Source: Rubrivivax sp. (lineage in GTDB: Bacteria > Pseudomonadota > Gammaproteobacteria > Burkholderiales > Burkholderiaceae_C). From it: a stretch of DNA of 64,000 nucleotides. This document shows, in pieces, positions 19,060 through 28,960 of the stretch; positions within the stretch are counted from its first letter, which is position 1, and each line of letters starts with the position of its first letter. The notes under the pieces were generated by a model. That model was given only the letters and a program-made list of their open reading frames with translations. It did no database searches and was not told the origin of the DNA. Location: positions 6,279 to 70,278 of the forward strand of contig JBMLPD010000472.1 in the NCBI GenBank assembly GCA_049242285.1. Direction: 5' to 3'. A program made the translations under genes and the position numbers.

Positions 19060-21365
19060 CAGAAGGCTGTCCCGATCTGGAATTGGAAACGTTGGATTCT
19101 ATCTTTCGAGGTGGCCTGCAGAGGCACGCCCCAGCTCAGCTTCAAGGGTCCCACGGGAGAGATCCAACTCAGACCCAACCCGGTGGAGGCACGCAGGCTC
19201 GCCGTGGTGATGGGTTCACCCTCCCGCCAGACGTTGCCCGCGTCGGCGAAGGCGAAGATGCGCAAGGACTTGTCGTTGCCCGTCCCAGGCACGGGAAAGT
19301 AGAGCTCGCCATTGACATTCAGGCGCTTGGCGCCGCCGATGAAAGCCCCGGTGGGGTCCACCACCCCCAGGGATCCCGGCTCGAACACGCGCACGGAGCC
19401 CAGCCCGCCGCCGTAAAAATTCTTGAAGATCGGGAATGCCTTTCCGCCCAGCCCCTGACCCAGCCCGATCTCTGCATTCAGACCGAAAGTGAGCCTGGCC
19501 GGCAAGGGCCAGTACTGCTGGTACTGCAGGTTGGTCCTGAGGTATCGGACATCGCCCGCAAGGCTCCACTCCAGATTCACGCGTTGATAGCGCCCTGACG
19601 ACGGCGTTTTCACGCTGTCTCGCTCGTCCCGCTGCCAGCCCAGTGTCAGGGGCACGGCGTGGCTGATGGGGCCAAACTGCTCACGAAACAGGTAGTAGCT
19701 GTTCGGAATGGACGTGGCGGCCTTGATTTCCGTTCGCTCGACGCCCAGGCCGATGAAGACGGTATCGAAATCCGAGAAAGGCACACCAAAGCGCAAGCTG
19801 GCTCCGGGCGTGGCCAATTGGTACTGGTCACCCAGGCTGTTGAGCGGGCGGCTGGTGCGGTAGAACAGATCAATGCCCCGCGAAATGCCATCCACGGTGA
19901 AGTACGGGTCCACGGTGCTGAGCACGAGATTCCGATTGGACTGGCTGGTGTTGACTTCAACAGCCAGGTAGTGGCCCGAGCCGAACACGTTGTCCTGCTT
20001 GACGGAGGCAGATACGGTCAACTTCTCGGCACTGGAATAGCCCGCGCCCACCGTCAGGTTGCCGGTCGACCGCTCTTCGACCGTGACCAGCAGATCCACC
20101 TGATCGGGGCTGCCCGGCACTTCATTGGTCTCGACGTTGACTTCCTTGAAGTACGACAGCAGCTCCACGCGATCACGCGAGAGCTTGATCTTCGAACCGT
20201 CGTACCAGGAAGACTCGAGTTGGCGAAACTCCCGCCGAATCACCTCGTCCCGCGTTCTGGTGTTGCCGGCCACATCGATGCGGCGAACATACACCCTGCG
20301 CTGAGGTTCAGCCACCAGCACGACCACCACTTGACCTGTCGCCCGGTCGATTTCGGGCCGTGCCTCCACCCGGGCGAATGCATACCCCAGGCGTCCGAAC
20401 AAGTCGGAAAACGCGCGGGTGGTGGTGGAAACATCCTCGCCGCGGTAGGCCTGGCCAGGGCGGATCCGCACCAGGGAACGGAACTCTTCCTCCTTGCCCA
20501 GGAACTGCCCCTCCAGCCGCACACCTGTCACGGTGTAGGCTTGCCCTTCCCGGATCGACATGGCGATCGAGATGTCCTGCTTGTCCGGGGAAATCGTGAC
20601 CTGTGTCGATTCGACGCTGAACTCCAGATAGCCGCGGTTGACGTAGTAGGCCCGCAGTGTTTCCAGGTCGGCGTTCAGCTTGGAGCGTGCATAGCGGTCC
20701 GACTTGGTGTACCAGGTCAGCCAACCGCTGGGCGTCAGGTCCATCAGCGACAGCAACTGGGACTCGGTGAACACCGAGGCCCCGGTGATGCGGATCTCCT
20801 TGATCCTGGCGGCGTCGCCTTCGGTCATCGTGAATGTCACGTTGACGCGGTTGCGTTCCAGCGGTGTGATGGTGGTGACGACCTCGGCACCGTAAAGGCT
20901 GCGCGAGAGGTATTGGCGCTTGATCTCCTGCTCAGCACGGTCAACCACCGCGCGATCGAAGGGCAGGCCCTCGCCAATGCCGGCGTCCTTGAGGGATTTG
21001 GTCAGCGTGTCCTTGTCGAACTCCTTCAGGCCCACGAAGGACACCGCCGAGATGATGGCACGCTCCTCGATGATCACCACCGTGACGTCGCCCTCGATCT
21101 CGATGCGGACGTCCTTGAACAGACCCGTCGCAAACAGGGCCCGCAGCGCGGCCGAGCCCTTGTCGTCGTTGTAGGTGTCGCCGATGCGAAACGGAAGCGC
21201 GGCAAACACCGTGCCAGGATCCGTCCGTTGAAGTCCCTGGAGACGGATGTCCTTGATCTTGAAAGGTTCGACAGCGCCCGCCGCGGGCAGGCAGGCGCTG
21301 GCACAGATGACCGCGACTGCGGCTGCGCTGCTGCGCAGGGATCCCGGAAGAATGGAAGGAAGCAT
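19059..21365 (-). CDS. bamA: Outer membrane protein assembly factor BamA
   Basis: POTRA repeats (..FKIKDIRLQGLQRTDPGTV..) and a C-terminal beta-barrel ending ..FQFQIGTAF. Start trimmed to ATG 21365 to clear the rseP stop. Confidence 0.95.
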   Translation of the reverse strand: MLPSILPGSLRSSAAAVAVICASACLPAAGAVEPFKIKDIRLQGLQRTDPGTVFAALPFRIGDTYNDDKGSAALRALFATGLFKDVRIEIEGDVTVVIIEERAIISAVSFVGLKEFDKDTLTKSLKDAGIGEGLPFDRAVVDRAEQEIKRQYLSRSLYGAEVVTTITPLERNRVNVTFTMTEGDAARIKEIRITGASVFTESQLLSLMDLTPSGWLTWYTKSDRYARSKLNADLETLRAYYVNRGYLEFSVESTQVTISPDKQDISIAMSIREGQAYTVTGVRLEGQFLGKEEEFRSLVRIRPGQAYRGEDVSTTTRAFSDLFGRLGYAFARVEARPEIDRATGQVVVVLVAEPQRRVYVRRIDVAGNTRTRDEVIRREFRQLESSWYDGSKIKLSRDRVELLSYFKEVNVETNEVPGSPDQVDLLVTVEERSTGNLTVGAGYSSAEKLTVSASVKQDNVFGSGHYLAVEVNTSQSNRNLVLSTVDPYFTVDGISRGIDLFYRTSRPLNSLGDQYQLATPGASLRFGVPFSDFDTVFIGLGVERTEIKAATSIPNSYYLFREQFGPISHAVPLTLGWQRDERDSVKTPSSGRYQRVNLEWSLAGDVRYLRTNLQYQQYWPLPARLTFGLNAEIGLGQGLGGKAFPIFKNFYGGGLGSVRVFEPGSLGVVDPTGAFIGGAKRLNVNGELYFPVPGTGNDKSLRIFAFADAGNVWREGEPITTASLRASTGLGLSWISPVGPLKLSWGVPLQATSKDRIQRFQFQIGTAF

Positions 21366-21375
21366 CAGGTAGGGC

Positions 21376-22731
21376 TCAATGGAAACCGACAAGTCGGGCG
21401 ACATCATTGAAGAGCGCCACGGACATCAGCGCCAGCAGTATCGCAATACCGCCGCGCTGCAACCGCTCGAGCCAAGCGTCGGGCACAGGTCGGCCTGTCA
21501 ACCCTTCGAAAAGATAATACATCAGGTGCCCGCCGTCGAGCATGGGCAGCGGCAGCAGGTTCAGGACACCCAGGCTGACGCTGACCAGGGCCAGAAACCC
21601 CAGGTAACTGGCCCATCCCTTCTGCGCCGACTGTCCTGCGAAATCGGCGATGGTCAGCGGTCCGCTGAGGTTCTTGAGCGATGCGTCGCCGACGATCATC
21701 CGCCCGATCATGGACACCGTCAGCGCTGACACGTCCCAGGTCTTGCGCACGCCCTCCAGCAGACCATCGAGCGGCCCCAGGATCACGGCAACGGTCTGGG
21801 GAGACTGGCCCACGAAGGCGTCGATCCTGCCGACGGTGCCATGGGCCGATCTTTCCGCCCTGGGCAGCACGGCGAGCTCCAGCGACTGGCCTGCCCGGTC
21901 AACGGTCCAGGCCATCTTCTGATCTGCACGGGGCCGGATGGCATCTCGCAGCGACTGCGCATCAGGGACAGGGTTTCCGTCCACGGCCGTGACAACATCA
22001 CCTTTGCGCAGACCTGCGCGGTCTGCCGGGCCCCCGGCCTTGACCTCGCCCAGCAGGGCCGCAGACCACGGAACCCCCAGCCCGAGCTCACGCCACGGGT
22101 CGCTCGACGGCGACCGGGCCTGTTCGCCGCCCAGATCAAGCTTCACGACCCGGCTGCCACGGCCTTGGGCATCGGACACCATCAGATGCAGCGGCTGGCC
22201 AGCCATCTGGGCCTCCAGGGCCTGCCAGCGCAGGTCCACCATGGACCGTACGTTCTGCCAGTTCATCCCATCGGCCGACCAGGCGCGAACCCAGTCACCG
22301 GACTTGAGGCCACCGCGCGCCGCAACGCTGTGGGCCGGCGGGGCGCTCAGGACGGCCTTGGGCTCCTGCACGCCGATCCACTGCACCGCGCTGTAAAGCA
22401 GCACGGCCAACAACAGGTTGGCCGCAGGCCCGGCAAACACCACCAACGACCTCTGCCACAAGGGCTTGCGGTTGAAGGCGCGGTGCAACTGGCCGGGGTC
22501 TATGCGGCCTTCACGCTCGTCCAGCATGCGCACATATCCGCCCAGGGGCAGCGCGCACACCACGAACTCGGTGGCATCAGCCCCCAGGCGCCGACTCCAG
22601 AGCACACGGCCAAAGCCCACCGAAAACCGCAACACCCGGATATCGAAGGCTCGTGCCGCGCGGTAATGCCCGTACTCATGGATGACGACCAGCACCGCCA
22701 GGGTCACCACGAAGGCCAAGACCGTCATCAT
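21376..22731 (-). CDS. rseP: RIP metalloprotease RseP (site-2 protease)
   Basis: HEYGHY (HExxH) in TM1, PDZ regions, and ..LNLLPLPMLDGGHL.. Confidence 0.95.
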   Translation of the reverse strand: MMTVLAFVVTLAVLVVIHEYGHYRAARAFDIRVLRFSVGFGRVLWSRRLGADATEFVVCALPLGGYVRMLDEREGRIDPGQLHRAFNRKPLWQRSLVVFAGPAANLLLAVLLYSAVQWIGVQEPKAVLSAPPAHSVAARGGLKSGDWVRAWSADGMNWQNVRSMVDLRWQALEAQMAGQPLHLMVSDAQGRGSRVVKLDLGGEQARSPSSDPWRELGLGVPWSAALLGEVKAGGPADRAGLRKGDVVTAVDGNPVPDAQSLRDAIRPRADQKMAWTVDRAGQSLELAVLPRAERSAHGTVGRIDAFVGQSPQTVAVILGPLDGLLEGVRKTWDVSALTVSMIGRMIVGDASLKNLSGPLTIADFAGQSAQKGWASYLGFLALVSVSLGVLNLLPLPMLDGGHLMYYLFEGLTGRPVPDAWLERLQRGGIAILLALMSVALFNDVARLVGFH

Positions 22732-23936
22732 GGCGCGGGCCCTCGTGAGACCAAGGCTGCGGCCAGGCTGCGCGACCTTGCATCCAGTTCCAGCAGGTCT
22801 TCCAAGGAGCCGGGCACCGCAAACCGCCCCGCCATCGCCTCGATCGTGCCCCGGTTGATGCGGTGGATGTCGGTGAAGGTCACGCGCCGGGCCAGGAAGG
22901 CCTCCACTGCCACCTCGTTGGCCGCGTTCAAGACCACACCAGACCCTTCCGGCTGCGCCAGCACGTCGTAGGCCAGCTTCAACCCGGGGAACCGGGCATC
23001 GTCCGGTGCCTCGAAGGTGAGTGACGACACGGACAGCAAGTCCAGCCTGGAGGCGCCCGATGAGATACGCGAAGGAAACGACAGGCCATAGGCGATGGGC
23101 ACCCGCATGTCAGGCGTGCCCATCTGCGACAGCACGGACGCATCCCGGCACACCACCATGGAATGGATGATGCTTTGCGGGTGCACGACGACGCGGATGT
23201 CCTCGGGCTGGAGATCGAACAACCAGCGCGCCTCGATCACTTCCAGGGCCTTGTTCATCATGGTGGCCGAATCCACCGAAATCTTGCGCCCCATCACCCA
23301 GTTCGGATGCGCCACGGCCTGTTCAGGCGTGATGGCATGGAAGGTGGCGGGATCCGTGCGGCGAAAAGGGCCGCCCGAGGCCGTCAGCACGATGTGATCG
23401 ATGAACTCCGGCCACGCCTTGCGATCCAGCGGCAGGCACTGGAAGATCGCGGAATGTTCACTGTCGATGGGCAAGAGCGTGGCGCCTCCTTGCTTGACCG
23501 CGGCGACGAACAACGCGCCCCCCACCACCAGGGCCTCCTTGTTGGCCAGCAGAAGTCGCTTGCCGGCGCGGGCGGCCGCCATGCAGGGCGCGAGGCCGGC
23601 TGCGCCGACGATGGACGCCATCACACTGTCCACCTCCGGATGCGCGGCGAGTTCACAAAGCCCTTGCGGGCCCGACAGCACCTCCAAACGCTGCGCTTCG
23701 GTGGAAAGCATCGATCTCAGACGCTGCGCGGCTTCGGCGTCGGGCACCACCACCCAGCGGGGACGAAAGCGCTCGCACTGCGCGGCAAGTTCATCCATGC
23801 GCCTGAAGGCCGACAGCCCCACCACCTCGATCGACTCGGGGTGACGCTGAGCCACGTCAAGCGTGTTCGCTCCAACGGACCCCGTGGAGCCCAGGATGGC
23901 CAGGCGCTGACGGCGTGCCGACTCGGTGAGGTTCAT
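22728..23936 (-). CDS. dxr: 1-deoxy-D-xylulose 5-phosphate reductoisomerase
   Basis: ..LAILGSTGSVGANTLDV.., ..LLPIDSEHSAIFQCL.. Confidence 0.97.
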   Translation of the reverse strand: MNLTESARRQRLAILGSTGSVGANTLDVAQRHPESIEVVGLSAFRRMDELAAQCERFRPRWVVVPDAEAAQRLRSMLSTEAQRLEVLSGPQGLCELAAHPEVDSVMASIVGAAGLAPCMAAARAGKRLLLANKEALVVGGALFVAAVKQGGATLLPIDSEHSAIFQCLPLDRKAWPEFIDHIVLTASGGPFRRTDPATFHAITPEQAVAHPNWVMGRKISVDSATMMNKALEVIEARWLFDLQPEDIRVVVHPQSIIHSMVVCRDASVLSQMGTPDMRVPIAYGLSFPSRISSGASRLDLLSVSSLTFEAPDDARFPGLKLAYDVLAQPEGSGVVLNAANEVAVEAFLARRVTFTDIHRINRGTIEAMAGRFAVPGSLEDLLELDARSRSLAAALVSRGPAP

Positions 23937-24823
23937 GAGGAAACAAGGGCCAGGGCCAGGGGGAAGACAGGCAGCAAGGCGTCAATGCGATCAAGGACAC
24001 CACCGTGCCCCGGCAGGAGACGGCTGGAATCCTTGGCGCCGGCCGCGCGCTTGACCAGGGACTCGAACAGATCGCCCACCACGCTCATCCCCGCCAGCAG
24101 GATCAGCAGGCACACGCCCCAGGCGACGCCGTAACGCCCGAACAACTGGGCAAACAGGCTCGCACCCCACGGCGCAGGCGCCTGTGAAAAGCTGTTCAGG
24201 GAGCCGCCCTGCATCACCCCTTGCAGAGCGCCCGCGCTCTCCAGCGCCACCCAGCCCCAGGACAACAGCAGCACGCCCACAACGCCCGACCAGACACCCT
24301 CCCAGGACTTGCCCGGGCTGATGGAAGGTGCAAGCTTGCGGCGGCCCCAGGCACGCCCCCCGAAGTACGCCGCGACATCGGCCACCCACACCAGACACAG
24401 GACCGACAGCAGGAAAGCCAGGCTGCGAGCCTGTGCAGACACCAGCGCCATCCAAGCCACCCACAACGCCAGCATGCCCAGGGGCCACGTCAGCCCGTGA
24501 GGCCTGCGATGCCAGGCCTCGACACCCTGCCAGAGCGCCCAGACCCCGCCCACCATCCACAAGACACTTGCGCCCACCCACCAGCCTGCAGGCACCTGCC
24601 CCTGCAAGGCCATCGGTCCGGTGGCCGTGCACACCACGACAAGCAATCCCCCTGAGCCCAGCGCAGCGGCCGATCCTGACCCGTTCAGGCGCGCCCACTC
24701 CCAGCCAGCGGCCGCCACAAGCAGCATGGTCAAGGCCGCAAACGGCCAAGCCGTCTCGGCCCACATGGCGGGCACCAGCAGGGCCAGCAGCACGACCGCG
24801 GTGACGATGCGCTGGCCCAGCAT
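23933..24823 (-). CDS. cdsA: Phosphatidate cytidylyltransferase
   Basis: ..SLVKRAAGAKDSSRLLPGHGGVLDRIDAL.. is the CdsA signature. ORF 23933..24949 trimmed to ATG 24823, just after the uppS stop. Confidence 0.9.
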   Translation of the reverse strand: MLGQRIVTAVVLLALLVPAMWAETAWPFAALTMLLVAAAGWEWARLNGSGSAAALGSGGLLVVVCTATGPMALQGQVPAGWWVGASVLWMVGGVWALWQGVEAWHRRPHGLTWPLGMLALWVAWMALVSAQARSLAFLLSVLCLVWVADVAAYFGGRAWGRRKLAPSISPGKSWEGVWSGVVGVLLLSWGWVALESAGALQGVMQGGSLNSFSQAPAPWGASLFAQLFGRYGVAWGVCLLILLAGMSVVGDLFESLVKRAAGAKDSSRLLPGHGGVLDRIDALLPVFPLALALVSS

Positions 24824-24828
24824 GATGC

Positions 24829-25560
24829 TCAGCCTGTGGCGTCGGGACCGTGCGCCCAGGACTCCGCGCCCCCGAAGCGCCGATCCCGCGACACAAACGA
24901 GGCCAGCGCGAGGTCGATCTGCTCGGCCCCGAAATCCGGCCAGAGACATTCGGTGAAGTACAGCTCGGCATAGGCCGCCTGCCAGAGCAGAAAGTTGCTC
25001 AGGCGCATTTCGCCACCTGTGCGGATGAACAGATCCGGGTCCGGCACGTCGCTCAAGGTGAGCAGGCGGGCGAAGGACTCTTCGGTCACGTCCTCGGGCG
25101 CAAGGCCGCGGGCCAGGGCTTGGCGGCAGGCCTGCACCACATCCCAGCGCCCGCCGAAGTTGAAGGCGACCAGGACGGTGATGCGACTGTTGTGCGCGGT
25201 GGCCTCCTCCGCGCGCGTCCAGGCGGCCTGCAGTTGTTCCGAAACGCCTTCGCGGTTGCCGATGACGCGGATGCGCACACCCTTGGACACCATCGATTCA
25301 AGATACTTGGAGGCCGCCACCAGCACCAGCCCGAACAGGCCAGACACCTCGTCGGCTGACCGCTTCCAGTTCTCTGAAGAAAAGGCGAAGACGGTCAGGT
25401 ACTGAACGCCTCGGTCTGCAAAGAGATCAATCGCGCGGATGAGCGCATCCACCCCGGCCTTGTGTCCGAAGAACCGGGGCATGTAGCGATTCTTCGCCCA
25501 ACGCCCATTGCCGTCCATCACGACGGCCACGTGCCGGGGAACCTTGGGACCGAACTCCAT
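24829..25560 (-). CDS. uppS: Undecaprenyl diphosphate synthase
   Basis: ..HVAVVMDGNGRWAK.., ..RTGGEMRLSNFLLWQAAYAELYF.. Confidence 0.97.
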   Translation of the reverse strand: MEFGPKVPRHVAVVMDGNGRWAKNRYMPRFFGHKAGVDALIRAIDLFADRGVQYLTVFAFSSENWKRSADEVSGLFGLVLVAASKYLESMVSKGVRIRVIGNREGVSEQLQAAWTRAEEATAHNSRITVLVAFNFGGRWDVVQACRQALARGLAPEDVTEESFARLLTLSDVPDPDLFIRTGGEMRLSNFLLWQAAYAELYFTECLWPDFGAEQIDLALASFVSRDRRFGGAESWAHGPDATG

Positions 25561-25582
25561 CGGGCGAGCCGCCTGCCTGGCT

Positions 25583-26143
25583 TCAGACTGCCAGCACTTC
25601 GGCTTCCTTGGACTGAACCAGACGGTCCACCTCGGCGACCACCCGATCGGTCAGGCGCTGCACGTCTTCCTGGCCCCTGCGCTCATCGTCTTCTGAAACG
25701 GCCTTGTCCTTGAGCAGCCGCTTGAGTTGGTCGTTGGCCTCGCGGCGCAGGTTGCGCACCGCCACCTTGGTGTCTTCTCCCGCACTGCGCACCACCTTGG
25801 TGAGGTCTCGACGTCGCTCTTCCGTCAGGGCAGGCATCGGCACTCGCAGCAGATCACCCTGTGCCGAGGGGTTCAGCCCGAGATCGGATTCGCGAATGGC
25901 CTTCTCGATCTTGGGGCCCATGCCCTTTTCCCAGGGCTGGACACTGATGGTGCGGGCATCGAGCAAAGAGACGTTCGCCACCTGGCTGATGGGCACCGGC
26001 GAGCCGTAGTAATCCACGTGCACCTGGTCCAGGATGCCCGGGTGGGCGCGGCCGGTGCGGATCTTCTGAAGTTCACTCTTCAGTGCCTCGATGGACTTGC
26101 CCATCTTGGCCTCTGCATTCTTCTTGATCTCGGCAATGGTCAT
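25583..26143 (-). CDS. frr: Ribosome recycling factor
   Basis: [39 protein letters not shown]..; trimmed to ATG 26143. Confidence 0.97.
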   Translation of the reverse strand: MTIAEIKKNAEAKMGKSIEALKSELQKIRTGRAHPGILDQVHVDYYGSPVPISQVANVSLLDARTISVQPWEKGMGPKIEKAIRESDLGLNPSAQGDLLRVPMPALTEERRRDLTKVVRSAGEDTKVAVRNLRREANDQLKRLLKDKAVSEDDERRGQEDVQRLTDRVVAEVDRLVQSKEAEVLAV

Positions 26144-26157
26144 CGGCGTTTCACCTG

Positions 26158-26868
26158 TCACACGTGTACGAGGGTTCCCTCATCCTCGCCCTGCACGACC
26201 CTCCTCAGGGCACCCGGCTTGAAAATCGAGAACACCTTGATCGGCAGCTTCTGGTCGCGGCACAGCGCAAAGGCGGTGGCATCCATGACCTGCAGATTGC
26301 GGGCAATGGCCTCGTCGAAGGAGATGGTGCTGTAGCGAGTGGCCAGCGGGTCCTTGTTCGGGTCGGCGGAATACACACCATCAACCTTGGTGGCCTTCAG
26401 CACGATCTCGGCGCCGATTTCGGCGCCCCTGAGGGCCGCGGCCGTGTCCGTGGTGAAGAACGGGTTGCCGGTGCCGGCGGCGAACACCACCACCTTGCCC
26501 TCTTCCAGGTATTGCAGCGCCTTGGGCCTGACGTAGGGCTCCACCACCTGCTCGATGGAGATGGCCGACATGACCCGTGCGGTCATGCCTTCCTGGCGCA
26601 TGGTGTCGGCCAGAGCCAGCGAGTTCATCACCGTGGCCAGCATGCCCATGTAGTCGGCCGTGGCCCGGTCCATGCCGACCGAGCCCCCCGCCACACCCCG
26701 AAAGATGTTGCCGCCCCCAATGACCACAGCCACCTCGCAGCCCAGGTGGGTGACCTCCTGGACCTCTCTGACCATGCGCACGATGGTGGCCCGGTTGATG
26801 CCAAAGGCATCGTCACCCATCAGCGCCTCACCCGACAACTTCAGCAGAATGCGCCGGTACGTCGCCAT
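26158..26868 (-). CDS. pyrH: UMP kinase
   Basis: [30 protein letters not shown]..; ORF 26158..27225 trimmed to ATG 26868. The upstream part is an out-of-frame overlap with tsf. Confidence 0.97.
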   Translation of the reverse strand: MATYRRILLKLSGEALMGDDAFGINRATIVRMVREVQEVTHLGCEVAVVIGGGNIFRGVAGGSVGMDRATADYMGMLATVMNSLALADTMRQEGMTARVMSAISIEQVVEPYVRPKALQYLEEGKVVVFAAGTGNPFFTTDTAAALRGAEIGAEIVLKATKVDGVYSADPNKDPLATRYSTISFDEAIARNLQVMDATAFALCRDQKLPIKVFSIFKPGALRRVVQGEDEGTLVHV

Positions 26869-26901
26869 GCAGGACTCTCTTCGAATGTCATTGTCCAGGG
26901 G

Positions 26902-26907
26902 AGTGTA
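26902..26907 (-). promoter_or_regulatory. -10-like hexamer TACACT upstream of pyrH
   Basis: Forward agtgta, 34 nt upstream of the pyrH ATG, in the tsf-pyrH spacer. Confidence 0.25.
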
Positions 26908-26941
26908 AGGCGGGCCAACGGCCCGTCCCATGCCCTCAGGT

Positions 26942-27832
26942 TCAGGAGGCCTTGGCAGCCGCCACCTGTGCTGCCACCTCGGCAGCGAAGTCATCGACCT
27001 TCTTTTCAATGCCTTCACCCACGACGTAAAGGGTGAAGCCCTTGACCGTGGTGGATGCGGACTTGAGCATCTGCTCGACCGTCTGCTTGTCGTTCTTGAC
27101 GAAGGTCTGGTTGAACAGCGAGACCTCCTTGAGAAACTTCTGGACCGAGCCTTCGACCATCTTGGCCACGATTTCAGCGGGCTTGCCGGATTCGGCCGCC
27201 TTCTCTGCGGCAACCCGACGCTCACGCTCCACCAGATCGGCAGGCACCTCTGCCGAAGACAGGCTCACCGGCTTCATCGCCGCCACGTGCATGGCCACGT
27301 CCTTGGCCGCCACCTCGGAACCCTCGAACTCCACCATCACGCCAATGCGCGTGCCGTGCAGGTAATGGGCCAGCTGCCCACCGCCCGCATAGCGCCGGAA
27401 GCGGCGCACCGCCATGTTTTCGCCGATCTTGCCGATCAGGCCCTTGCGGACGTCTTCCACCGTCGGCCCGAACCCCTCCTGAGCCAGGGGCAGCGCCGAC
27501 AAGGCGGCGATGTCGGCCGGGTCGTGGGCGGCCACCAGCTCTGCGCAGCTCCTCACGAAGGCGAGGAAGGACTCGTTCTTGGACACGAAGTCGGTCTCGC
27601 AGTTGACCTCGATCAGAGCGCCCGTGCTGCCCTGGACCGATGCTGCGACCACGCCTTCGGCCGTGATGCGCGATGCCGCCTTGCCAGCCTTGTTGCCCAG
27701 CTTGACACGCAGGATCTCCTCGGCCCGCCCCATGTCCCCATCGGCTTCTGTCAAGGCCTTCTTGCACTCCATCATCGGGGCGTCGGTCTTGGCGCGCAGT
27801 TCCGCGACCATGCTTGCAGTGATTGCTGCCAT
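26942..27832 (-). CDS. tsf: Translation elongation factor Ts
   Basis: [30 protein letters not shown].. Confidence 0.97.
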   Translation of the reverse strand: MAAITASMVAELRAKTDAPMMECKKALTEADGDMGRAEEILRVKLGNKAGKAASRITAEGVVAASVQGSTGALIEVNCETDFVSKNESFLAFVRSCAELVAAHDPADIAALSALPLAQEGFGPTVEDVRKGLIGKIGENMAVRRFRRYAGGGQLAHYLHGTRIGVMVEFEGSEVAAKDVAMHVAAMKPVSLSSAEVPADLVERERRVAAEKAAESGKPAEIVAKMVEGSVQKFLKEVSLFNQTFVKNDKQTVEQMLKSASTTVKGFTLYVVGEGIEKKVDDFAAEVAAQVAAAKAS

Positions 27833-27851
27833 TTGTGTGCTCTCCGTTTCG

Positions 27852-27893
27852 AATGAAAAGCGGGCGGCGGTGCGATCCCCGCACCTGCCGCCC
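27852..27893 (-). terminator. Hairpin + U-tract attenuator/terminator between rpsB and tsf
   Basis: Minus strand: GGGCGGC-a-GGTGC-ggggatc-GCACC-GCCGCCC followed by GCUUUUCAUUCG. It starts 13 nt after the rpsB stop. Confidence 0.6.
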
Positions 27894-27905
27894 GGATCAT
27901 GGGGT

Positions 27906-28649
27906 TCAGGCGTCTTCGCTGACTTCGACGAACTCGTCGCCTCCGCTCACCGCCTGCACCACCTCGGCGGTGGCGTTGGCCTTGCCTTCCAGCACCGCGT
28001 CTGCCACCGCCCGGGCGTAAAGGGCCACGGCCTTGGCAGAGTCGTCGTTGCCGGGAATGACGTACTGCACGCCATCGGGTGTGTGGTTGGTGTCCACCAC
28101 TCCGATCACCGGGATGCCCAGCTTGTTGGCCTCAGCCACCGCAATCTTGTGATACCCGACGTCGATCACGAACATGGCGTCTGGCAGGGCGTTCATGTCC
28201 TGGATACCGCCGATGTCCTTCTCGAGCTTGGCCAGTTCGCGGTCGAACATCAGCGCCTCTTTCTTGATCATGGACTCGGTGCCGGCCTCCTTGGTGGCCT
28301 GCATGTCCTTGAGCTTCTTCAAGGAGCCCTTGACCGTCTTGAAGTTGGTCAACATGCCACCCAGCCAACGCTGATCCACGTAGGGCATGCCGGCGCGCTG
28401 TGCCTCCTGGGCGATGACTTCGCGAGCCTGACGCTTGGTGCCGATCATCAGGATGGTGCCGCGGCGGCTGGACAGCTGGCGGATGAACTTCATCGCGTCG
28501 TTGAAGAGCGGCTGCGTCTTCTCGAGGTTGATGATGTGAATCTTGTTGCGATGGCCGTAGATGTACGGGGCCATCTTGGGGTTCCAGAAACGGGTCTGAT
28601 GCCCGAAATGGACACCCGCCTCGAGCATGTCGCGCATGGAAACTGTCAT
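27906..28649 (-). CDS. rpsB: 30S ribosomal protein S2
   Basis: [32 protein letters not shown]..; ORF 27906..28802 trimmed to ATG 28649. Confidence 0.97.
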   Translation of the reverse strand: MTVSMRDMLEAGVHFGHQTRFWNPKMAPYIYGHRNKIHIINLEKTQPLFNDAMKFIRQLSSRRGTILMIGTKRQAREVIAQEAQRAGMPYVDQRWLGGMLTNFKTVKGSLKKLKDMQATKEAGTESMIKKEALMFDRELAKLEKDIGGIQDMNALPDAMFVIDVGYHKIAVAEANKLGIPVIGVVDTNHTPDGVQYVIPGNDDSAKAVALYARAVADAVLEGKANATAEVVQAVSGGDEFVEVSEDA

Positions 28650-28855
28650 GATTTCTCCGAAGGTTGCTTCTTGAACCGGGCCTGCATCCGCGCAAGTGCT
28701 CAGGGGCTTCAACCCATCGACTGCGCAAGACACCTTCCGGGGCCGCGGTCCGTGATTTGTCTTCGCCCCAAGCAACTTTCGCCGGTTCTTCATCCGTCGC
28801 AAACAGGATGCTGAGCCCGCCGGCTGCTCAGGGGAAAAACCTCAGGAGTTTAGCA
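28650..28855 (-). promoter_or_regulatory. rpsB extended -10 promoter (TGcTAAACT) and ~190-nt 5' leader
   Basis: Minus-strand TGCTAAACT at 28855..28847. The leader is long and GC-rich with a hairpin (CTGAGC-N9-GCTCAG). E. coli rpsB is known to use an extended -10 promoter and an S2-responsive leader. Homology was not verified. Confidence 0.4.
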
Positions 28856-28960
28856 TCGCGCGACAAACCGGTGCCCTGAACCTGCCCCGCCTGCGCAGGA
28901 CAAGGCCTTCAAGACCGACCTTCTGCCTGCCGCCCCGGCACAGCCCCGCAACCACCCCAC

